Assembly (NCBI GenBank): GCA_964482725.1
Contig: CAYZYT010000001.1
Location: 4,632 to 68,631, forward strand
DNA: 64,000 nt
Reading direction: 5' to 3'
DNA from: an uncultured bacterium
GTDB taxonomy: Bacteria > Omnitrophota > Omnitrophia > Omnitrophales > Aquincolibacteriaceae
Below the pieces are notes generated by a model, which made no database searches, was not told the DNA's origin, and saw only the letters and a program-made list of their open reading frames with translations. Shown in pieces: positions 57,197-64,000 of this stretch (the stretch's first letter is position 1; every line of letters starts with the position of its first letter). A program made the position numbers and the translations under genes.

Positions 57197-58327
57197 TTAA
57201 AATAGCTCTCCCTGCGCCGAAACAGGAAGCTCGCCTTTGGCGCCGAGCCCGCTGATGCCGACCCCCAGCAAACGGATGGGCTTTCGGCCAGCCAGTGTTT
57301 TCTTCTTTAAAAGATCACAGGCGATCTCGTGAAGGGTCTGCCAATCCGGAGGCGGCGCGGGAAGCGTCCTGGAACGCGTGATCTGTTCAAAATCGTGGTA
57401 TTTCACCTTGAGCACCACAGTCCTCCCGAAGCGCCCTTCCTGCTTTAGATCATAAAAAACATGCTCCGCGAGCCCGGCCAGTTTCCGTTTCAGCCACGGC
57501 AGGTCCGTGACGTCCTTGGCGAACGTTTCCTCAGAACTCAACTGTGTCCGTTCCCAGTGGGGGTTGACTTCCCGGTCATCCTCGCCTCTCGCTTTATGAA
57601 AAAGTTCAAGCCCCCACTTCCCCAATTTCGCACAAAGGTCCTGCGGCTTCACCCCCCAAATATCCCCGCACGTGTTAAGCGTCATCCCGTGAAGGATCTC
57701 TTCGGTGCGCGGGCCGACACCCGGGATCTTCCGGACCGGGAGGTCTTTTAAGAATGCCAGGACTTTATCGGGAAAGACCACTGTCAGGCCATCCGGTTTT
57801 TGCATATCCGAAGCGATCTTCGCAAGGAACATATTGGGCGCCACACCGGCGGAGGCTGTGAGTTTCGTCACGGCAAAGATGTGCTGTTTGATCAGACCCG
57901 CGAGCTTTACGGGATCTTCCAGCTTGAGTTTGTTCTCGGTCACATCGAGATACGCTTCATCGAGCGAGACTTGTTCCACAAGAGGTGTGTAGGTATGAAA
58001 AATCGCCATGATGGATCGGGAAGCGGTGCTGTATTTTTCAAAATCGGGGTAGAGGAAAACACCGTGCGGACAAAGACGTTTGGCCTGAGCGGTCGGCATA
58101 CCGGAATGAATGCCAAACTTCCGGGCTTCATAAGAACACGTGCTCACAACACTGCGGCTATTGGGATTCCCGCCTACGATCACGGGCTTGCCTTTGAGAT
58201 CGGGGTTGTCGCGCTGCTCCACGGCCGCAAAGAATGCGTCCATGTCGAGGTGGATGAATTTCTTAAAACCGGAGAACGGAGAGTGGAGGGCGGATGGCGA
58301 CAAGCCGGCTTTTATGCTCTCCTCCAT
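57197..58327 (-). CDS. dinB: DNA polymerase IV
   Basis: IHLDMDAFFAAVE, SYEARKFG, SLDEAYLD, LAKIASDMQKPDG, C-terminal QGELF clamp motif. Confidence 0.96.
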   Translation of the reverse strand: MEESIKAGLSPSALHSPFSGFKKFIHLDMDAFFAAVEQRDNPDLKGKPVIVGGNPNSRSVVSTCSYEARKFGIHSGMPTAQAKRLCPHGVFLYPDFEKYSTASRSIMAIFHTYTPLVEQVSLDEAYLDVTENKLKLEDPVKLAGLIKQHIFAVTKLTASAGVAPNMFLAKIASDMQKPDGLTVVFPDKVLAFLKDLPVRKIPGVGPRTEEILHGMTLNTCGDIWGVKPQDLCAKLGKWGLELFHKARGEDDREVNPHWERTQLSSEETFAKDVTDLPWLKRKLAGLAEHVFYDLKQEGRFGRTVVLKVKYHDFEQITRSRTLPAPPPDWQTLHEIACDLLKKKTLAGRKPIRLLGVGISGLGAKGELPVSAQGELF

Positions 58328-58345
58328 CCGCCATCCTCCATCCGC
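58271..58345. repeat. Heptamer-period inverted-arm element, GGA/TCC type, overlapping the dinB start
   Basis: GGAGAAC GGAGAGT GGAGGGC GGATGGC ... TCCATCC GCCATCC TCCATCC. Confidence 0.8.
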
Positions 58346-58356
58346 TTAGGTGGAAA

Positions 58357-60042
58357 TTAAGAAAGAGAAGAAAGAATAGAGTGTAATTCGACCAGTTTGG
58401 TTTCGCCCGTCCGGCGGTTCTTGAGCTCGACTTTACCTTCTTTCAGGCTGCGATCGCCGATCACGATCTGCGTGGGGATGCCGACGAGGTCAGCGTCATT
58501 GAATTTCACGCCGGCGCGTTCATCCCGGTCGTCAAAGAGAACATCCTTGCCGGCCTGGGTCAGTTCCTCATAGATCTTTTCGGCGGCAGCGCGGATCTTC
58601 TCATCAGAATGATTCACGGTGATGATCTCCACCGCGAACGGCGCGATGGCCTCAGGCCACTTGATGCCTTTGAGATCGTGATGCTGTTCGATCGTGGCTG
58701 CGAGAATGCGGTTCACGCCGATCCCGTAGCAACCCATGATCGCGGGCTTGCGCTCGCCTTTTTCATCCAGAAAATGAGCGCCGATGGATTCCGAGTAGCG
58801 TGTGCCGAGCTTGAAGATGTGACCGATCTCCATGCTGGTCGTCAGCGCAAGCTTGCTTTTGCCATCCGGCGCGAGGTCGCCGTCCTTCACAAAACGAATG
58901 TCCCCCGTGGCCGTGGGTGTAAAATCGCGACCCGGCACAACGTGTTTTCGATGCTTATCTTGCTCGTTCGCACCGGAAACGCCGTCGGCAATACCCAGCA
59001 CGTCCCAATCCGCGTAAAGGGGGATCTTGAGTCCGACCGGCCCCGCGAACCCGACCGGAGCGCCGGTCGCTTCTCGTATTTCATGAGCCTCTGCCTGGCG
59101 CAGCTCTTTCGCGCCGATGAGTTTGCGAAGTTTCCCTTCGTTCACTTCACTGTCTCCTGTCACCAGCGCGGCCACCGGCTTGCCATCCGCCATAAAGATC
59201 AGCGTCTTGATGATCTGGGGGGCGGGGATCTTGAACTTGTTGGAGATTTCCTCGATCGTCCTTAAATTGGGCGTGTCAAAAGTTTCTGGCTTTTCAGGGA
59301 TGACATTTACAATTTGAAATTTCGGGTCTGCCCGCTCCGCGATATCCTGGCTCGCGAGATAACCGTCCTCGGAACTCGCGACACGATCTTCTCCGTACGG
59401 ACAGATCACCATGAATTCCTGGCTCATCTTGCCGCCCATCATCCCGGTATCCGCATTCACAACCTGAAACTTCAAGCCACAGCGCGTGAAGATGCGCTGA
59501 TACGCCTCGTACATTTTCTGATAGTTCACGTCCAGACCCTTTTCATCGGTATCAAAGCTATAGGCATCCTTCATAATGAACTCCTTGGTGCGGATGACAC
59601 CAAAGCGTGGACGGGCCTCGTCGCGGAATTTGGTCTGGATCTGGAAAAGATTGAGCGGAAGATCGCGAAAGGACTTGATATTGGTCCCCACAAGATCCGT
59701 GATGATCTCTTCGTGCGTCGGCCCGAGAACAAACTCGTGTCCCGCGCGGTTCTTGAAAGCGATCTTGTCATCCCCGAGCGTTTCATAGCGTCCGGATTTT
59801 TTCCAGATCTCAGCCGGATGGAGCGCGGGCATCAACACTTCAGACGCTCCGGCACGATTCATCTCCTCGCGAATGATCCCGATGATCTTGAGGAGCACAC
59901 GGAAACCCAGCGGCAGATAGCTGTAAACGCCCGAAGAAAGCTGGCGAACAAGACCGGCCCGGAGCGCAAGCTGATGGCTGATGGCCTCGGCATCTTTAGG
60001 AATATTTCGAAGGCTGGGGATCAGGGTTTGAGTCCAACGCAT
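58357..60042 (-). CDS. proS: Proline--tRNA ligase (bacterial type with editing domain)
   Basis: MRWTQ..SHQLALRAG, LGPTHEE, KFRDEARPRFG, EIGHIFKLG, MGCYGIG. Confidence 0.97.
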   Translation of the reverse strand: MRWTQTLIPSLRNIPKDAEAISHQLALRAGLVRQLSSGVYSYLPLGFRVLLKIIGIIREEMNRAGASEVLMPALHPAEIWKKSGRYETLGDDKIAFKNRAGHEFVLGPTHEEIITDLVGTNIKSFRDLPLNLFQIQTKFRDEARPRFGVIRTKEFIMKDAYSFDTDEKGLDVNYQKMYEAYQRIFTRCGLKFQVVNADTGMMGGKMSQEFMVICPYGEDRVASSEDGYLASQDIAERADPKFQIVNVIPEKPETFDTPNLRTIEEISNKFKIPAPQIIKTLIFMADGKPVAALVTGDSEVNEGKLRKLIGAKELRQAEAHEIREATGAPVGFAGPVGLKIPLYADWDVLGIADGVSGANEQDKHRKHVVPGRDFTPTATGDIRFVKDGDLAPDGKSKLALTTSMEIGHIFKLGTRYSESIGAHFLDEKGERKPAIMGCYGIGVNRILAATIEQHHDLKGIKWPEAIAPFAVEIITVNHSDEKIRAAAEKIYEELTQAGKDVLFDDRDERAGVKFNDADLVGIPTQIVIGDRSLKEGKVELKNRRTGETKLVELHSILSSLS

Positions 60043-60046
60043 GGTG

Positions 60047-60143
60047 TCGTACCTCGTATGTTGTATGCCGTATGTCGCTGTCATCCCCGAATGATTCTGT
60101 CGGGGATCCAGGCTCCTGGATTCCCGCCGCCGCGGGAATGACA
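60047..60143. repeat. Heptamer run plus REP-like cloverleaf containing ATTCCC-N8-GGGAAT
   Basis: TCGTACC TCGTATG TTGTATG CCGTATG; TGTCAT-CCCCGA..TCGGGG-ATCCAGG..CCTGGAT-TCCCGC..GCGGGA-ATGACA. Confidence 0.75.
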
Positions 60144-60161
60144 AAAAGTGTCGCGTTCGAG

Positions 60162-61280
60162 TTATTTCAGGTGAAAAAGATGTTTTAGTTTATCGAGGAT
60201 CGAAAGATTCACGAAATCATTATAAAGCACGAACACCATAAGTGCCATAAGCAGGAAGAAACCGCCCGTCGTGATCCGTTCCTGCCATATCGGGCTGATG
60301 CGCTTGCGCGTCACCAATTCGATCAGGAGAAATACCAGATGCCCCCCGTCGAGCGCGGGGAGCGGAAAAAGATTGATCACCGCGAGCGATACGCTCAGGA
60401 TCGCCAACAGTTGCAGAAGCGCCGCAATCCCTGCTTTGGCAGCCTGTCCGCTGATCTGGATGATCCCCAGAGGCCCCATCAGGTGCTTGGGCGATACCTG
60501 TCCCGTGATGAGATAAAAAAGAGCTTTATGGGTCAAGACCGTATGAAAAACTTCAAGGTCCCACGCCTTGGCAAGCGCCGGCCATGCGGCGTAGCGCTCT
60601 GAGACATACACCTTCGGGTCCGGCGTGATCCCCACGCGTTTCATCCGCACGGTCTTGCCAAAAAGATCTTTGGCTTCTTCAACTTTCGGTTTGATCTGGA
60701 CGATCAAAGGCTCCGGCAATGCGTCCGCACGGGGCCGCTCGACGTTCAGCTTGATCATAGTCCCCGGCGACCGATCGAACCCGTCAAGGATGTCCTTCCA
60801 GTTCGTGACGGCTTTATCGTCCACCTTCAGGATCTTGTCATTCACCTTGAGAAGACTGGCTTCTGCCGGATAGCCTTTCACAAAACCGCCGACCACAGTG
60901 CCCGGCATCGGCCGGCCGATCATGAATACGGCCCAAAAAATCAGGAATGCCAAGACATAATTCATCGCCACGCCGGACACAACAATGAAGATCCGTGAAA
61001 AAACGGACGCCGCCAGAAAATCCCCCGGCTTCGGCCCTTCCGGTCCAACCTTAGACGCTTCTTCCCCCGCAGGGCTCACAAACCCGCCCAGGGGAAAAAG
61101 AGAAATGGAGAAACGCGTCTCCCCGGACTGCCAATGGATCAGTTCCGGCCCAAACCCGATCGAAAATTTCTCGACACGCACCTTGGAAAAACGGCATGCA
61201 ATAAAGTGCCCGAACTCGTGCACAATAATGAGAACACCAAAAACGATCAGTGCCGGTAAAAGAGAGATCAGGGCATTCAT
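60162..61280 (-). CDS. rseP: RIP metalloprotease RseP
   Basis: HEFGH, FSIGFG, PLGG, PDZ domain, NLFPLPALDGG. Confidence 0.95.
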   Translation of the reverse strand: MNALISLLPALIVFGVLIIVHEFGHFIACRFSKVRVEKFSIGFGPELIHWQSGETRFSISLFPLGGFVSPAGEEASKVGPEGPKPGDFLAASVFSRIFIVVSGVAMNYVLAFLIFWAVFMIGRPMPGTVVGGFVKGYPAEASLLKVNDKILKVDDKAVTNWKDILDGFDRSPGTMIKLNVERPRADALPEPLIVQIKPKVEEAKDLFGKTVRMKRVGITPDPKVYVSERYAAWPALAKAWDLEVFHTVLTHKALFYLITGQVSPKHLMGPLGIIQISGQAAKAGIAALLQLLAILSVSLAVINLFPLPALDGGHLVFLLIELVTRKRISPIWQERITTGGFFLLMALMVFVLYNDFVNLSILDKLKHLFHLK

Positions 61281-61401
61281 AGAAGCTCCTCAGCTGTTTC
61301 CCGGGCCGCCTTGCGAGAGCAAGCGCCCTGGTTATCATTATAAAATTCAATCCGGAAACCAGGACAGCACTGACCTTCAAACGTATAAATTAAATACATG
61401 G

Positions 61402-62562
61402 TCAGGCGAGCCTCGCCTTCTTGATTAAAGAACTGGCCTCCAGGCGGGCCCAGGCATCGGCCGCGAAGATATCGGCCAGGACCGGTTTGTAGACCAGCTT
61501 GTGCGAGCGCATGGTCCTTTCGATGATCTTCGTGATTCCAAGAAATCCGATACGGCGACCAAGAAACGCCTCGACGGCGACCTCGTTAGCCGCGTTCAAA
61601 ACAGCCGGCATCGTTCCGCCGATCTTACTGGCGGTGTAGCCAAGCTCCAGGCACGGGAAACGTTTACGATCCGGTTTCTCGAAATGGAGTGCCGTAAGAT
61701 GCGCTAGATCCAGATGAGGCAGCGGGTCCTCCAACCGTCCGGGATAGCTCAGCGCGTATTGGATCGGAAGCCGCATATCGGTCACGCCGAGATGCGCAAA
61801 ATGCGAGCCATCGATGAATTCCACGAGCGCGTGCACGATTGCCTCCGGATGAACCAGCACATCGATCTTTGCGGCCGGCACGCGGAAAAGATTCGCAGCC
61901 TCGATCACTTCCAGGCCTTTATTCATCATAGTCGCAGAATCGATCGTGATCTTGGGACCCATTTTCCATTTAGGATGATTGAGCGCCTGCGCCGGAGTGA
62001 TCTTCGCGAGCGATCCCTTCATATTCCGGAAAGGCCCACCGGAAGAAGTAATGATGAGCCTTTTGACAAACGCCGGATCCTGTTTTTCAAGGCACTGCCA
62101 AAGCGCGGAGTGTTCGCTATCGATCGGGAGGACCGCAACCTTGGCTTTCTCGGCTGCCTCCAGAAGAAGCTTCCCGGCCATCACGAGCGGTTCTTTATTC
62201 GCGATGGCTACGGTCTTTTTTGCATGCACCGCGGCAAAGATGGGCTTGAGGCCCACCGCCCCCACCATGGCGCAGATCACTTGCTGGACCCCGATAAGCG
62301 TCGCGACTTCCTCGAGGCCTTCGTCCCCCGTCACCACACGGATCCCGAGACGTTTGAACCTGGCAGCCGCCTTGTGCGCCGCCGGAGCGTCGTAGATGCA
62401 AACGACTTTAGGACGAAATTCCACAGCCTGTTCGTAAAGCTTCTCGATGTTCTTTTTCACAGCGAGGGCTTTGACCGAAAATCGATCGGGATGGATACGG
62501 ACCACGCGCAGCGTGTTCTCGCCCACCGAACCTGTGGAGCCGAGGATCGAAAGATGCTTCAC
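61402..62562 (-). CDS. dxr: 1-deoxy-D-xylulose-5-phosphate reductoisomerase; GTG start at 62562, alternative 62622
   Basis: ILGSTGSVG, ANKE, PIDSEH, HPKWKMGPKITIDSATMMNKGLE. Confidence 0.97.
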   Translation of the reverse strand: MKHLSILGSTGSVGENTLRVVRIHPDRFSVKALAVKKNIEKLYEQAVEFRPKVVCIYDAPAAHKAAARFKRLGIRVVTGDEGLEEVATLIGVQQVICAMVGAVGLKPIFAAVHAKKTVAIANKEPLVMAGKLLLEAAEKAKVAVLPIDSEHSALWQCLEKQDPAFVKRLIITSSGGPFRNMKGSLAKITPAQALNHPKWKMGPKITIDSATMMNKGLEVIEAANLFRVPAAKIDVLVHPEAIVHALVEFIDGSHFAHLGVTDMRLPIQYALSYPGRLEDPLPHLDLAHLTALHFEKPDRKRFPCLELGYTASKIGGTMPAVLNAANEVAVEAFLGRRIGFLGITKIIERTMRSHKLVYKPVLADIFAADAWARLEASSLIKKARLA

Positions 62563-62669
62563 CCCGTTAGATCTCCCGCATTTTTGACGCCCTTGAGAAA
62601 ACAATTTCGATTCTCCGTTCACGAATGGTTGCTCTGCTGATTGTCAGAGAGTTAGAGATCTAACGGGGT

Positions 62670-63467
62670 TCATAACCTTTCAAGACCCAGGACCATGGTC
62701 AGATAAAAATAAACAACGGGGATCGTGAAAAGAAGACTGTCCATCACATCCAACATGCCTCCGAGGCCTGGGACATTTCCGGAATCCTTAACGCCCGCAT
62801 CGCGTTTGATCAGGCTCTCGGCAAGATCGCCCAGAAGCGCCAGGGCTCCGACTGCCGCTCCAAGGATCAAGAGATGGGCCACAGGGACATGCAGATAAAA
62901 AACAGAACCGACCGAAAGGGCGATCGTCGCGATCATCTGGGCGATAGCCCCTTCTATGGATTTCTTGGGACTCACGTGCTCCAGAAGTTTTGTCTTCCCA
63001 AATTTCTTCCCGATGAAATAGGCTGCCATGTCCCCGCCCTTCACGATCAGGAGGGTATAGGCTACCCAGTCCGCACCGTCGGGGAGAAGTTTGATCTTGA
63101 TAAGATAAGAGAAAAACCACGCGACATAGATGATCCCGAAAACGCTCACCGAAACGCTTGTGATGGTCTTATCCGGGGACTTGCGATTGAACAGAAATAT
63201 GAAAAGCGCCACGATGACCATAAGAAGATTCGTGGGCTGCAGCGAAAAATAGGCGGAAAACGGCAAAAGCGCGCCAAACACAAGGCCGAATCCCCGGTGG
63301 ACAAGAAGCCCTTTTTGTTCTGCGAGAGAAAAGAATTCCCAGAGCCCCACCAGGATGAACGCCTCGACCATCAGAAAAAAGCACCAATGCGGCAAGAAAA
63401 AGATCACCGCGATACCCGCCAAAATAAAGACCGAGGAAGTCAGAAACCGTTTAACCAATTGATTCAT
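62670..63467 (-). CDS. cdsA: Phosphatidate cytidylyltransferase
   Basis: VSPKKSIEG, GDLAESLIKRDAGVKDSG..PGLGGMLDVMDS. Confidence 0.95.
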   Translation of the reverse strand: MNQLVKRFLTSSVFILAGIAVIFFLPHWCFFLMVEAFILVGLWEFFSLAEQKGLLVHRGFGLVFGALLPFSAYFSLQPTNLLMVIVALFIFLFNRKSPDKTITSVSVSVFGIIYVAWFFSYLIKIKLLPDGADWVAYTLLIVKGGDMAAYFIGKKFGKTKLLEHVSPKKSIEGAIAQMIATIALSVGSVFYLHVPVAHLLILGAAVGALALLGDLAESLIKRDAGVKDSGNVPGLGGMLDVMDSLLFTIPVVYFYLTMVLGLERL

Positions 63468-63510
63468 AAAATCTCCTCTTTCTAAGCATCGGGTCCGTTA
63501 ATGAATGCCC

Positions 63511-64000
63511 CTAAGAACACGCTCCGTTCGCAGCAGAAGTATCCCCGAAACGTCTTTCGCGCATCCGATAATCTCCGAGCGCCTTTTCAAATTCATCCCG
63601 GGTGAATTCCGGCCAGAACTTTTGTGTGATATAAAGCTCCGCATAAGAGATCTGCCACAAAAGAAAATTGCTGATCCGCATCTCTCCGCTCGTGCGGATC
63701 AAAAGCTCCGGGTCCGGCATGTTCGCGGTATAAAGATTTTTTGAGAAAGTCTCTTCGGTGATCTCGGAAGGCTTGATGTCCCCGGACACGGCCTTCTCTG
63801 CGATCTTCTGACACGCCCGCACGATCTCACGACGGCTGGAATAGCTCAAGGCGAATGTCACGACGAGGCCCGTGTTATGCTTGGACGCCTCCATGGCGTG
63901 CGTGAGTTTTTTTTGTAACGCCGGGGCAAGGTCCCCCATTTCGCCGATCACATTAAAAATGCAGTTGTTTTTGATCATCGCTTCGATCTTCTTATCAAGA
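63511..64000 (-). CDS. uppS: Undecaprenyl diphosphate synthase, 5'-truncated by the window
   Basis: ALSYSSR, PDPELLIRTSGEMRISNFLLWQISYAEL, RERRFG. Confidence 0.95.
   Translation of the reverse strand, partial: LDKKIEAMIKNNCIFNVIGEMGDLAPALQKKLTHAMEASKHNTGLVVTFALSYSSRREIVRACQKIAEKAVSGDIKPSEITEETFSKNLYTANMPDPELLIRTSGEMRISNFLLWQISYAELYITQKFWPEFTRDEFEKALGDYRMRERRFGDTSAANGACS

Noticed and set aside
60043-60144. proS N-terminal extension MSFPRRRESR...
   Set aside because: It is a translation of the REP-like and heptamer repeats; conserved ProS starts at MRWTQ.

Overview
Bacterial chromosomal segment with almost all real genes on the minus strand. Gene content suggests the PVC group, possibly Omnitrophota; this is an inference. 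Left to right: (1) the AT-rich edge of an integrated element (lipoprotein, small membrane protein, Zn-ribbon protein, XRE regulator with twin operators) that abuts only the 5' half of a tRNA-Thr(TGT), broken at the anticodon loop. (2) An MMPL transporter, DUF167 and rfbC. (3) A signalling block made of two tandem 'enzyme + multi-TM/GAF histidine kinase + stand-alone receiver' modules. The enzymes are an SRPBCC-fused acyl-ACP reductase and a PhcB-like SAM methyltransferase, so the block is a candidate dual lipid-signal quorum-sensing system. (4) A secreted carbohydrate-binding protein, a TolC-MFP-RND-RND exporter, an XRE-cupin regulator and a GH144-like glucanase. (5) A four-helix-bundle gene, a receiver protein and a MazEF-type TA pair. 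(6) A type IV pilus/T2SS-like operon whose pilins are rich in N-X-S/T sequons. (7) A glycan locus with GT2s, two B12 radical SAM enzymes, a GT-C and an archaeal AglB-like oligosaccharyltransferase. (8) Housekeeping genes leuD, leuC, dinB, proS, rseP, dxr, cdsA and partial uppS. About ten gene junctions carry degenerate 7-nt-period repeats, mostly as inverted arm pairs. One pair encloses the four-helix-bundle gene and one supplies the dinB start. All family assignments come from motif recognition by eye; no database searches were run.
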